Positions 20,377 to 30,835 of a DNA stretch of 64,000 nucleotides are shown one piece after another. The notes below the pieces were generated by a model. It saw only the letters and a list, made by a program, of their open reading frames with translations, was not told where the DNA came from and did no database searches. The first letter of the stretch is position 1. Each line of letters opens with the position of its first letter. Location of the stretch: assembly GCA_963809875.1 (NCBI GenBank), contig CAWELC010000011.1:1275-65274 (forward strand). Direction: 5' to 3'. A program made the translations under genes and the position numbers. The DNA is from an uncultured delta proteobacterium (GTDB lineage: Bacteria; Desulfobacterota; Zymogenia; Zymogenales; Zymogenaceae).

Positions 20377-21126
20377 ATGGACTTTGACTTCGGCGGGCGG
20401 GCAGCCCTCGTCACCGGCGGCTCCAAAGGGATCGGCGGGGCCGATTAGCCGCGCGCTGGCCGCCCGGGGCGCGTACGTCGTGGTAAACTATTCGAGTGAC
20501 GACGACGCGGCCGAAAAGACCGTCTCGGACATCATCGGGATCGGGGGGAAGGCCGTTGCCGTCAAGGCGGACGTGGCCGATGCCTCTCAGGTCGAAGACA
20601 TGTTCGGCAGAATCCGCAAAGACCCGGGGCGTCTGGATATCCTGGTGAACAACGCGGGGATCATCCGGGACAAGCTCCTTATGTTCATGGGGCCCGACGA
20701 CTGGGACCGGGTGATAGCCGTCAATCTCACGGGGGTCTTCAATACCTCAAAGTCGGCCTCACGGCTCATGATCGGACAGAAATACGGCAAGATCATCAAC
20801 ATCGTCTCGCCGTCGGCCATCGTCGGAAGGGCCGGCCAGACGAACTACGCCGCGGCAAAGGGGGGGGTCATCAGCTTCACCAAGTCGCTGGCCAGGGAGC
20901 TTGCGCGTTTCTCGATATGGGTCAACGCCGTCTCGTCCCGGGATCATTCAGACCGAGATGCTGGAGGGCATTACCGACCAGATGAAGGAGTCGTTTCTCT
21001 CGGCGGTCCCGATGGGGCGTTTCGGCAACTCCTCAGGAGGTCACGGGCGCCGTCCTCTTTTTGGCGTCGGAACGATCAGCGTATATAAGCGGTCAGGTGA
21101 TCTCGGTCGACGGCGGCCTGACCTGA
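20377..21126 (+). CDS. fabG: 3-oxoacyl-ACP reductase (FabG-like SDR; apparent frameshifts)
   Basis: MDFDFGGRAALVTGGSKGIG, LVNNAGI, GQTNYAAAKGG, SGQVISVDGG*. Confidence 0.85.
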
Positions 21127-21175
21127 CCCAAGACAGCACTTAAACATCCTTATTGCTTCGAACCAGGAGGACTAT

Positions 21176-21443
21176 TTGGAAGACAAGAAGGCGCTGGCCG
21201 AACGGCTCAAGAAGCTGATCATCGACAGCCTCGGACTGGAGGACGTAACTCCCGACGATATCAAGGACGACGATCCCGCTCTTCGGCAACGGACTGGGGC
21301 TGGATTCCATCGACGCCCTGGAGCTGGTGGTGGCCCTCGAGAAGGAGTTCGGGATCGTCATAGCCGACGAAGAGGTGGGCAAGAAGATATTCGTCTCTAT
21401 CAATACACTTACCGATTTTGTGGCAAAGGAGCGCAAGACGTAA
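21176..21443 (+). CDS. Acyl carrier protein (one apparent frameshift near 21275)
   Basis: AGGAGG RBS, TTG start; LFGNGLGLDSIDALELVVALEKEFGI phosphopantetheine motif in the shifted frame. Confidence 0.85.
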
Positions 21444-21546
21444 GATAAGACATCGGGTCCCGACAGCCGTCGGCCAGGAGCCCGGCCCCCGGCCCCCGGC
21501 CGTCCGGCGCGGCCGATTGCCGTCGCCCGATGCCATTGGTTCCGCT

Positions 21547-21994
21547 ATGAGATTTTCCGTCAATGAAATCACCGCCGTCATCCCCCACCGGCCGCCGATC
21601 CTGCTGATCGACGAGATCCGGGAGGTCGAGTTCAAGAAACGGGGCGTGGGTGTGCGGCGGGTCACGATAGCCGATGACTTCGTGGGGTCCTACCTCCCCG
21701 GGGAGGGGCTGATGCCCCGAACCCTGTTGATCGAGGCATTGGCCCAGACGGCGGCCTTCGTGACGGCGGGGGGGAGGCTCGCGCCCGGCGCCGACCAGGG
21801 CGACTATCCAACGATCGGCTATCTTGTCAGGGTGGCGGATTTCGTCTTTTCGGGGGACGTGAGGAAGGACGATACGATGCAGCTTGGCCGTTGACCTGGT
21901 CTCGTCTCTCGGCAGCATCTACAAGTTCGCCGGGGTTGTCCGGGTGGGAGAGAAGGAGATCTGCCGGGGTAATCTCACCTTTTCCGTATCCTAG
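21547..21994 (+). CDS. FabZ/FabA-like hotdog dehydratase homolog (apparent frameshift near 21888)
   Basis: IPHRPPILLIDEI, MPRTLLIEALAQ, C-terminal ICRGNLTFSVS*. Confidence 0.78.
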
Positions 21995-22012
21995 CCGGTC
22001 AAAAATAGATAT

Positions 22013-22043
22013 AAAAAGCCCTCTATCATGAGGGCTTTTTTTT
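22013..22043. terminator. Bidirectional intrinsic terminator
   Basis: AAAAAGCCCTC-TATCAT-GAGGGCTTTTTTTT between convergent genes. Confidence 0.88.
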
Positions 22044-22077
22044 CATCCGCATTGCGTGTTGACAGCATCGGGTCCGC

Positions 22078-22752
22078 TCAGTCGTTTTCCAGCGATTCCC
22101 CGGGACCGAGCATGTGGAGCTCCGGGGCGAGCACGGCCCCGTTATAGATCAGCTTGGCCACGCCTCCGGTCTTTTCGACTATGAAGACGGCCGAAGTCCC
22201 GTCGTCCCACTTCGCACTGATACTCCTGCCGTCAAATGTATAGGTCCCCAGGACCGGCGGGTAGGTGACGACCCGGTCGCCGCCGCCCACGAACGTCGAT
22301 TCGACGAACCTGGCGGTCATGTTGGGATAGAACGAAAAAATGATCCTCGGGTCCGTATAGTACGTCGGCCAGTCGCCGACGATATCGGAAAGCGTCGCGG
22401 AACCGCCCCCGGAGACCGGCGGCGCGGTCGCCCGGTAGTCCCTCTCGGAGGGGATGGACGTACCGATATCGATCTTGACGTACTTTCCGAAGATGTAGCC
22501 GAAGACTCCCCGGTAGTTGATGTAGTACCAGTACCCGGTGAAACCGTCGATGGAGTCGGTGCTGTCGGTGTGGGCGAGGGCCTCTACCCGCATCCCCTTG
22601 TCGAGCGACCCGATGACCGTGCCGCTCGAGTTCGGCCGGTCCCATATCCTCAACGAGTCGCCGGTGACGGTCGCGTTTTCGGAGGCAAAACTCGCCGCGG
22701 ATGCGGCCGAGAGAAAGAGGAGGGCGGCCACGAGAAAGAGATATCTTTTCAT
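22078..22752 (-). CDS. Secreted SH3b-domain protein
   Basis: Signal peptide MKRYLFL..ASFA; VTGDSLRIWDRPN, YWYYINYRGVFGYIFGKY. Confidence 0.72.
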   Translation of the reverse strand: MKRYLFLVAALLFLSAASAASFASENATVTGDSLRIWDRPNSSGTVIGSLDKGMRVEALAHTDSTDSIDGFTGYWYYINYRGVFGYIFGKYVKIDIGTSIPSERDYRATAPPVSGGGSATLSDIVGDWPTYYTDPRIIFSFYPNMTARFVESTFVGGGDRVVTYPPVLGTYTFDGRSISAKWDDGTSAVFIVEKTGGVAKLIYNGAVLAPELHMLGPGESLEND

Positions 22753-22861
22753 AACGGCACCTTCATGATCAGTCAATTAAAAAAGTCTTCCCGCACACCG
22801 CCCGAAAAGTGGTCCGAGGCAGAGGGACGGGGCGGCCGACATAACGTCTCGTGGGGATAAT

Positions 22862-23968
22862 TTAATACAGGCCCCTCAGAATCTCAAGATATTTCTTAAA
22901 ATTTTCAAGCGAAACCTCCGGGGGTACGTTGTGGTCGAGCGACGGGATGAATCCGCCCCGGGGCAGCATCTCCGTGACCTTCGGCACCACCTCACGCTCA
23001 ATGGCCGCCACGTCGGTGAAGAGGGCGCGCTTGTCCAGGCCGCCGAGGATGACCAGGCCGGGATAGCGTTCCCTGACCCGCCTGATGTCCATGCCCGCCT
23101 GCACCTCGAAGGGGAGCATCATGTTTATCCCGGTCTCCATGAACAGCGGGATCAAGAGCGACACGTCACCGTCCGAATCGACGGCAAAGACCCGGATGTC
23201 GGTATCACTTTTGACCTCCTCGACGAGACGCCGGTAGTAGGGGGCCATGAATTCGGCAAAGGTCCGGGGCGAGATCATCGGGCCGTTCTTGTAGGACATG
23301 TCCTCAAAACAAAAGACCCAGTCGACGGGGACCTTCTCCCTGACCTTCCTGATCAGCGCCGTGTTCATGGCGAGCCACTGTCCGGCGATCGCGTGCAACA
23401 GAGCGGGGTCCCTCCTGGTCGCGATCGAGAGTCCCGTCAGCCCGAGGAGGAGCCGCAGCATACCGAAGAGCCCGCAGCAGTGGGCGCAGGTATAGGTCTC
23501 GTCTCCCCTGGCCCGGGCCATATCGATCATAATATCGAGGAACTGGGTGAATCGCTCCGGCGTGTCGGGGTCAAGACGCCACCTGAGATCCTCGAAGTCC
23601 TTCAGGTTTTTCACGGGATGGTCGAGATACTGGGGGATGGTGGAGTGGCCGTCGGTCTTGACCCTCACGGTGTTGCCGCCGACGTCCCGCTTGATGAGAT
23701 AGTCGGGGCCCTCTTCGATAGTCACTTCCTCAAAAGCGGGCCAGAACCCCGGCTCGTAGTCAGTATTGGCGGCGATGGGGAGCCACGAGAGCGAGTCGAA
23801 GCCGAAATGGTCCGGCGCGGTGAAGGTGGCGTCGATTACCGTCTCGGGCAGCCCCTCCTTGTGCCAGCGGGTCAGCGTCTCGTCCCAGAAGCCGAGGGCG
23901 TCAAAATAGATCGGCCGATCGATCTTCTCGAATCTGCATGTTGCGTGAAATCTCTCTCGAACGTTCAT
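22862..23968 (-). CDS. Uroporphyrinogen decarboxylase (URO-D/MtaA-like) family protein
   Basis: EDMSYKNGPMISP, DSDGDV, LPFEVQAGMD, GGLDKR, GGFIPSLDHNVPP. Confidence 0.85.
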   Translation of the reverse strand: MNVRERFHATCRFEKIDRPIYFDALGFWDETLTRWHKEGLPETVIDATFTAPDHFGFDSLSWLPIAANTDYEPGFWPAFEEVTIEEGPDYLIKRDVGGNTVRVKTDGHSTIPQYLDHPVKNLKDFEDLRWRLDPDTPERFTQFLDIMIDMARARGDETYTCAHCCGLFGMLRLLLGLTGLSIATRRDPALLHAIAGQWLAMNTALIRKVREKVPVDWVFCFEDMSYKNGPMISPRTFAEFMAPYYRRLVEEVKSDTDIRVFAVDSDGDVSLLIPLFMETGINMMLPFEVQAGMDIRRVRERYPGLVILGGLDKRALFTDVAAIEREVVPKVTEMLPRGGFIPSLDHNVPPEVSLENFKKYLEILRGLY

Positions 23969-24070
23969 GTCGGTCCGTGCCTTGAGTCTTTAAACAAGAA
24001 AAAGGGTTCATCCCGGTGACCGTCACGATTGCCCGCGAGGTTTCCGGAAGGCCCTGGTCTCATAAACGGA

Positions 24071-25492
24071 CTAGATCACCTCGGCCTTGATGAGGTTGGT
24101 CGTCCCCGGCCTCCCGCCGGGCAGGCCCGCCGTGATCACCACGAGGTCCCCCGTCTTGACGAGTCCCGTTTTGACGGCCTCTTCCCGAGCCGCCCGGGTC
24201 ATGTCCTCGACGTTTCCGGCAAAGGCCGCCTGCCGCGGGATGACCCCGAAGGTAAGGGTGAGCTGCCGCACCGTCTGGATGTCGGCCGAGAGCGCGATGA
24301 TCGGCTGCCTTGGCTTATAGCGGGCCACCAGCCGGGGGGTCGTGCCCGACGACGTGGGGGTGATGATAGCGGCGGCCTTAAGGCGGTCGGCCGTGTGGTA
24401 GGCCGCGTGACACACGGCCGGCGTGATGTTGTCTTCCCGGTACGTCTGGGTCTTGAGAGACCAGTGCTCGGGAAACGTGGCGACGGCCGCCGCCGCTATT
24501 CGCGCCATGACGGCCACGACCAGGGCCGGGTTCTTGCCCACCGCCGTCTCTTCCGAGAGCATGACGGCGTCCGTCCCGTCGATGACGGCGTTGGCGACGT
24601 CGGCGACCTCCGCGCGGGTGGGGCGCTGCTCCTGGACCATGCTCTCCAGCATCTGGGTGGCGGTGATGACCGGCTTACCCAGGGCGTTGGCAAGGTCGAT
24701 GAGCCTCTTTTGAACGAGCGGCACCTCCTCCAGCGGCGTCTCGACGCCCAGATCCCCTCGGGCGATCATCAGCCCGTCGGCCGCCTGCATGATCGCCTCG
24801 ATGTCGGACACGGCTTCGGCCTTTTCTATCTTCGCGATAACGCGGGCCTTATTGCCCCGCGACGTGATGATCTCCTTGACCCGAACGACGTCCGCGGCCG
24901 ATCGCACAAACGAGACCGAGACCCAGTCGACACCCGCCGCAAGTCCGAAGTCGAGGTCCTGCTCGTCTTTTTCGGTCAGGGACGGGGCCGAGAGCCGGGT
25001 GTCGGGAAAGTTGACGCCCTTTCTCGAGGTCACGACGCCCCCCTCCACAACGCGGGCGACGACGAAGCTCGCGGTGACTTCCTCAACCGCCAGCTCGATG
25101 GTGCCGTCGGCAATGAATATCCGGTGCCCGCTTTTCACCTCCCGGGAAAGCGCGGGATAGGCGATGGGGATGGTTTTCGGCCCGGCGGATTTCCCCCCGT
25201 AGCTGTCGGACCCTGTCAGATGGACCGTTTCGCCCTCGACCAGATCAATCGTGTCGTCGCCGATATCACCCACCCGGATCTTGGGACCGGGCAGGTCCAT
25301 GATGATCCCGATGGGGCGCTTCAGGATCGTCTCGACGTTTCTGATGCGCTCGATGACCTGTCGGTGCTCGTCCTGGGTGCCGTGGGAGAGGTTGAGGCGC
25401 GCACAATCCATCCCGGAGCGTGCCATCTGCTCGATCATCTCGGGAGACCGGGAGGCCGGCCCGATGGTACAGACAATCTTGGTCGGTCTCAT
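24071..25492 (-). CDS. pyk: Pyruvate kinase
   Basis: TKIVCTIGPAS, RLNLSHG, DLPGPKIR, IAKIE, ARGDLGVE, ATQMLESM, DAVMLSEETA. Confidence 0.96.
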   Translation of the reverse strand: MRPTKIVCTIGPASRSPEMIEQMARSGMDCARLNLSHGTQDEHRQVIERIRNVETILKRPIGIIMDLPGPKIRVGDIGDDTIDLVEGETVHLTGSDSYGGKSAGPKTIPIAYPALSREVKSGHRIFIADGTIELAVEEVTASFVVARVVEGGVVTSRKGVNFPDTRLSAPSLTEKDEQDLDFGLAAGVDWVSVSFVRSAADVVRVKEIITSRGNKARVIAKIEKAEAVSDIEAIMQAADGLMIARGDLGVETPLEEVPLVQKRLIDLANALGKPVITATQMLESMVQEQRPTRAEVADVANAVIDGTDAVMLSEETAVGKNPALVVAVMARIAAAAVATFPEHWSLKTQTYREDNITPAVCHAAYHTADRLKAAAIITPTSSGTTPRLVARYKPRQPIIALSADIQTVRQLTLTFGVIPRQAAFAGNVEDMTRAAREEAVKTGLVKTGDLVVITAGLPGGRPGTTNLIKAEVI

Positions 25493-26301
25493 TTCTTTTG
25501 ACCTTTTCGGGCAGGTTCCGGCTTTACCTTCCCGTGCAAGAGATAGGCGATCATGACGCCGCCCGCTACGATCATCGGGAACGACAGGAGCTGTCCCATG
25601 GTGAAGGGGCCGAAGATAAACCCGAGCTGGGCGTCCGGCTGCCGGAAAAACTCGCTGCCAAACCGGAACAACCCGTAGAAGAAAAAGAAAGACCAGAAGG
25701 GGACGCCGCGCCTGGCGCCGCGCACGTTCATGAGAAAGAGGATCAAAAACAGCAGGAGTCCTTCCGTGAGCGACTCGTAGAGCTGCGACGGGTGGCGGCA
25801 AACCGGGCCGCCTCCGGGGAAAATCATGCACCAGGGGACGTCGGTGGCCCTCCCGTAGAGCTCGCCGTTGATGAAGTTCCCGATGCGTCCGAGGCCGATC
25901 CCGAGAGGGGCGGCGGCCACGGCGATATCGGCCACGTCATAGAACGCCACCTTCTTCTTCCAGCAGTAATAGAGAGTGCCGATGAAGACCCCGATGAAAC
26001 CCCCGTGGAACGACATCCCCCCCTCCCAGAGCGCAAATACTTTGAGAGGATGGAAGATGTAGTAGCCGGGGGCGTAGAAGAGGCAGTAGCCGAGCCTCCC
26101 CCCGATAATCACGCCCAGCATGGCGTAAAAGATGAAATCCCAGAGGTCATCCCCGACCAGCCTGACCTTCTTCTTTATAGCCAGGTACCTCATCACGAAG
26201 AAGGCGATGATAAAGCCGAGGAGATACATCATCCCGTACCAGCGGATCTGAAACTTCCAGACCGTGAATATGACGGGGTCAATATTCGGATAGGGTATCA
26301 C
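25489..26301 (-). CDS. lgt: Prolipoprotein diacylglyceryl transferase
   Basis: IRWYG, GGRLGY, WEGGMSFHGG, GRIGNFINGELYGR, HPSQLYE. Confidence 0.96.
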   Translation of the reverse strand: MIPYPNIDPVIFTVWKFQIRWYGMMYLLGFIIAFFVMRYLAIKKKVRLVGDDLWDFIFYAMLGVIIGGRLGYCLFYAPGYYIFHPLKVFALWEGGMSFHGGFIGVFIGTLYYCWKKKVAFYDVADIAVAAAPLGIGLGRIGNFINGELYGRATDVPWCMIFPGGGPVCRHPSQLYESLTEGLLLFLILFLMNVRGARRGVPFWSFFFFYGLFRFGSEFFRQPDAQLGFIFGPFTMGQLLSFPMIVAGGVMIAYLLHGKVKPEPARKGQKK

Positions 26302-27792
26302 GACTCTTCCTCTCAAGAAAATTCAGAGATATCGGAGGCCGACCGCTCATTCGGGTTTCCTCCTCTGCCGGCGGCCCGCCGCGAGGGACGTCGGGCGCCA
26401 TCCGGTCCCTAAACCGCGCATACGCTACCAGCGCCCGGGCGGCCCAGACGGCCCGGCCGGGGTCGGGGAACACCGGTACGCGCTCTTCCTCGAAGGCGGC
26501 ATACCACCTCAGAAAGATCGAATTTTCGCCGCCCATGAAGCAGGCGATGATAGGCTTACCGGGGTGCTCGTCGCGGATCTGAGCAGATTACCCGGGCGGC
26601 GTCAAAGTCCGACTCCGGGATGAGGGTAAAGATCAGAATCAGGATATCCACGTCGGGCTGGGCGATCAGGGCCCGGGCGATGACCTCGTAGGCCCGCTCG
26701 GGCCCCACGTTCTCGATGGCAAACCACATGTCCACCGGGTTTTTAACCCGAGCCCACGACGGAAAGACCGTTTCCATCTTCCGTTTGGTCTCTTCGGACA
26801 GGGGAGGAGTGACCAGGCCCGTCTCACCCATGCGTCTGCGGTCAGCACGCACCCCACCCCGGTGATGGAGACCACTCCGATGCGCCCGCCGCCCGGGATG
26901 CCGCAGAACGAGAAGACCTTGAGGGCGTCATAGAACCGGTCAAAATCGGCGGCGCGGGTAACCCCGAGGGAAGAGAAAACGCCGTCGTAGATACCGTCCT
27001 CGCCGGCGAGGCTTCCGGTGTGCGAAGAGATCGCGTCGGCCCCCCGCTCGGTCCTGCCCGACTTGAGGGCGACGACCGGTTTCTTTTCCGAAACGGCGCG
27101 GAGCGTCTCCAGGAAGCGCCTGCCGTCCCGGACCCCCTCGAGATAGATCGCCCACCACATCGGTAGCCGGATCGTCCCCCAGAAACGAGAGGATCTCTCC
27201 CTCGTCCACGTCGGCCTTGTTGCCCAGGCAGGCGACCTTGGCCACGGAGAAGTTCTGCGAGGAGGTTATCCATCGGAAGAATCCGGAGGCGAACATTCCC
27301 GTCTGCCCGAAAAAGGAGACGGTCCCCGCGGTCGGGCTTCGTAAGGGTCGTGATGGAGGTGACGAACCCGTCCTTGACGTTCACCGTCCCGATACTGTTG
27401 GGCCCCATGAGGCGCATACGGTAGCGCGTCGCGATGTCGACCACTTCGCGCTCGAGCCGCCTTCCCACCTCGTCCCCGGAGTCGGAGAAGCCCGCCGTGG
27501 AGATGATGACCCCCCTGACGCCCTTCCTGCCGCATTCGTCCATCGCCTTGGGCACCAGGTCACGCGGGATGACCATCATGGCCAGCTCCAGATCGCCGGG
27601 CACGTCACATACGCTCGGGTACGCTTTGTGGTTGAGGATCGTCCCGCCCCGCGGGTTGACCGGACATATCGTCCCCTGCCAGCCGAATTCGTGGAGGTTC
27701 TGGATGACGATATTACCTCCCTTCTTGGGGTTGTCGGAGGCCCCGATGACGGCGAAGCTCGAAGGGTTAAAGAAGATCTCGATGGAATGCAT
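26279..27792 (-). CDS. ADP-forming acyl/acetate-CoA ligase alpha-type subunit (several apparent frameshifts; 3' end approximate)
   Basis: AVIGASDNPKKGG, GPNSIG, LGNKADVDE, SSHTGSLAG phospho-His motif, NPVDM. Confidence 0.82.
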
Positions 27793-27861
27793 GAAACGTG
27801 TCCGCTCCCGCTGAATGATAACGTGTCAGAATCGGTTCAACTCGGCCGCGCCGAATTTCGG

Positions 27862-28543
27862 CTACCTGGCTGTCCCTTCCTTTGCCCGCATCATCGCGTC
27901 CAGCTCATCTATCCTTGCTCCGAGGGTCGTCCTGTCGGGCAATACGGTTCCCGGATCATAGCTCTGCAGCTGCTCCCGGATCTTGCCCGCGTCCTTGCTG
28001 TCCCCGGTCCCGGCGTATCCTAGCGGCGAGCGACCAGACCGCAAAGAGCCGGTAGGGCTCAAGGGCGCCCGCGTAGCTCGAGAGGATCGGGTCTTCGGCC
28101 ATCTCCTTGATGTCGGCAAGGAGGAGGCCGGAGTCGTCGACAAGGGCGTCATAGATCTTGGCGTCTTTAATAGTGATGAGGTTCTTGGTCGCCTGATCGC
28201 AGTAATCGTTCATCTCGTCGGCCGAAAAGATGCGGGCAAGTCCGCGCCCGCCGGAGGAGAGCAACATGAACTGCCCGAAGACCCAGCCCGTCTTGCCCCG
28301 ATAGCCGACCAGATACCAGTAGTCTGTGAAATTACCCACGTCAACCGGCCTGGGCTGTCGTCCGAGGATTGCCACGGGGATACCTTCATTGAGGAGCCAC
28401 ACCGCTGTGGAGTCACCGGCGGCCGACTCGTGCATCTGCACCCGGGAGCCGATAATGGTGGCGCTTCGCTCTATCGCCGGGGACGATTCGGCCGCAAGGA
28501 TTGCGGCGGCAAACATGAGCACAGAGATAATCACGTTCTTCAT
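27862..28543 (-). CDS. Secreted SH3b-domain protein (apparent frameshift near 28030)
   Basis: Signal peptide; DYWYLVGYRGKTGWVFGQF; helical C-terminus continues in ORF 27862-28152. Confidence 0.65.
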
Positions 28544-29364
28544 GGTACCTTCCTTTCCCGATGCGATGGGACGGCCGGAGTCATGTCGGGGACCTTACCG
28601 TACCACGTCTCTATCTCGCAAAAGAGGATGGTTGCGCCGACAACAGTCAGGGGGATCACGACAAAATTAAGAAACGGGATCACAACCGATACGAGCGCCC
28701 CGGCCCCGAACCCGAGGGAGGATGGGATATGCCTGAAGATGAAACGCCACTTGACGGCAAACGGAAGCCTTCTCCTGGCCAGGGGATAGTCAAGGTTATC
28801 ATATGCCAGAAAGAACATGGTGGCGATGTTGCCGAAGATGAGATAAAAGATCTTTCCGACAACCGGAATAATGAATATCACGACGAGAGACAGGAGGAGG
28901 ACCAGCATGATGCCCGTTCGCATGATCTCGTTCTTAAGTGAGATGATGATGTCTTTTGCCAGAAGGCGAACTGAGAAGGGCTCGTCCTTCCTGTGTCCCT
29001 TGCATATCTGCTCCGTTCTTTGGGAGAGGACCTCGTTGAAGGGGACGCAGATAATCCCCGCCAGGATGTAGAAGATGACTGCCCCGAAGATGAGGAGCGC
29101 CAGTACAAGGACGATCTGAACGGCATAAGATAGGACGATCCAGTACCATTGACCCTGGTTCGGGATCAGATGGCCCGCCAGCTCCTGCGAGTAGTGCATG
29201 CCGATAACGAATAACGCCACCACCAGGATGATATTGATGAGGGTGGGGAAGGCGGCGTACGGGAGGAGCCGGGGGTGGGACAGCAGAAAACGCAGTGCCC
29301 GCAGGGGGGCAAAGAGCCCTCCGGCGAACCTGCTTACGATGCCGGGGACGCGCGCCTGGTTCAT
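28540..29364 (-). CDS. EI24/CysZ-like membrane protein
   Basis: PFNEVLSQRTE, LAYDNLDYPLARR, IPFLNFVVIPLTVVGAT; several TM helices. Confidence 0.8.
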   Translation of the reverse strand: MNQARVPGIVSRFAGGLFAPLRALRFLLSHPRLLPYAAFPTLINIILVVALFVIGMHYSQELAGHLIPNQGQWYWIVLSYAVQIVLVLALLIFGAVIFYILAGIICVPFNEVLSQRTEQICKGHRKDEPFSVRLLAKDIIISLKNEIMRTGIMLVLLLSLVVIFIIPVVGKIFYLIFGNIATMFFLAYDNLDYPLARRRLPFAVKWRFIFRHIPSSLGFGAGALVSVVIPFLNFVVIPLTVVGATILFCEIETWYGKVPDMTPAVPSHRERKVP

Positions 29365-30686
29365 CGCGGGGCCTCCCCGGTTATGAATACCAGGCGGATA
29401 TCCATGACGTTGGTCCTTGTGGGCCCGGTTTTGATCAGATCACCGAGGGCCTGAAAGAAGGTATAGGAGTCGTTGTTGGCCAGATAGCGGTCGGCATCGA
29501 GGCCCTTTTCCCGCGCCCGCGAGATGGTGTCCGGTGCCGCGAACGCCCCGGCTGCGTCGGTGGGACCGTCGGTGCCGTCGCTGCCGCAAAAGAGGCCGAA
29601 GGTCCCGGGGGTTCCCGCCGTCTCGCGGGCAAACACCAGGGCGCATTCCGTGTTCCTGCCGCCGACGCCCGATCCCGTGACGGTAAGAGTCGTCTCACCC
29701 CCGGAGATAAGGCAGGCGGGTGGCGGCGCGGGCCTCCCGTAACGTGAAACTTCCCGGGCCACGGCCGCGTGAAACCGCGCAAGCTCGTGCGTGTCGCCCG
29801 TGAATGAGGATGAGAGGACGAGGGCCGAAAACCCGAGGTCGCCCGCCCGACGCTGGGCCGCCGACAGCGCCGTTGCGGCGCTTCCGACGATAAGATTGGT
29901 CACCCCCTCGAAAACGGGGTCGCCCGGCTTGGGGGTATCGGCGACACGACCCGCCGCACCCGCGGCCAGATGCCGGGCCACCGGGGCGGGAACCTTATCG
30001 GCCAGACCATATTTCCTGAGCACGCCCAGGGCGTCGGCAAACGTCGTCGGGTCGGGGGCGGTAGGCCCGGAGGCGATAGACGGAGATGTCATCGCCGACC
30101 ACATCCGAGAGGATGAGCGCGATCACGCGGGCCGGCCGAATGAGCCGGGCGAGCCTTCCGCCGGAGAAGGCCGAGAGGTGCTTCCGAACGGCATTGATCT
30201 CCCGGATATCCGCGGAGGAGTCGATGAGGAGCCGGCTGGTCCGGGCGAGATCGTCCAGCGTCAGGCCGTTATCGCCAAGACCCGTCATGGCCGAGCCTCC
30301 GCCGGAAATCAATACGAGCACGAGATCATCGGGATCCTCTGCCCGTGACCATGTCGATAATCCTGCGGGCGCCCGCGGCCCCGTTCTCGTCGGGTATGGG
30401 GTGGCCGGCCTCGATGACCTCGATTCCCGGTATACTCCCCCCGTGACCGCGCTTGGTGACGACGACCCCGCCGGCGATCCGATCTCTCATGACGTCACGG
30501 GCCGCCTCGGCCATAGGCAGGGCGGCCTTACCGATACCGGCCACGTATACGCGGGAATATCGCCCGGATTTCGTCGTCGAGCTCCGACAACGCCCGCTCA
30601 ACGACGCCCCCGGGGTTCACGCCGGCTACCGCGCTCCTGAAGATATCGAGGGCCTGTTCCTTTATCCGCTGGCGGGGCACGTTCAT
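29361..30686 (-). CDS. Glycerate kinase type 2 (DUF4147 + MOFRL; apparent frameshifts)
   Basis: GIGKAA, EAGHPIPD, LISGGGSA, LSDVVGD, SGGETT, GGRNTE, DGTDGPTDAAGA, TGPTRTNVMD. Confidence 0.88.
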
Positions 30687-30735
30687 GACGTGACGAAATC
30701 CGAAAAGGGTTTCGGAGAAGCGCCGCCAAAAAACC

Positions 30736-30764
30736 TTGCTTTTTAGACGACGATTCCCTATAAT
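30736..30764 (+). promoter_or_regulatory. sigma70 promoter
   Basis: TTGCTT-N17-TATAAT upstream of 30836. Confidence 0.65.
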
Positions 30765-30835
30765 TTGACAATTCTTGCATAACCGAGGGGCAAAATCAAC
30801 AGCTAAATTCTTCCGGTGACGTTTGGGGGTGTGTT

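Noticed and set aside
24071-25831. 586-aa pyruvate kinase with N-terminal extension
   Set aside because: The extension overlaps lgt out of frame; the real start is ATG 25492 with an ATGA overlap.
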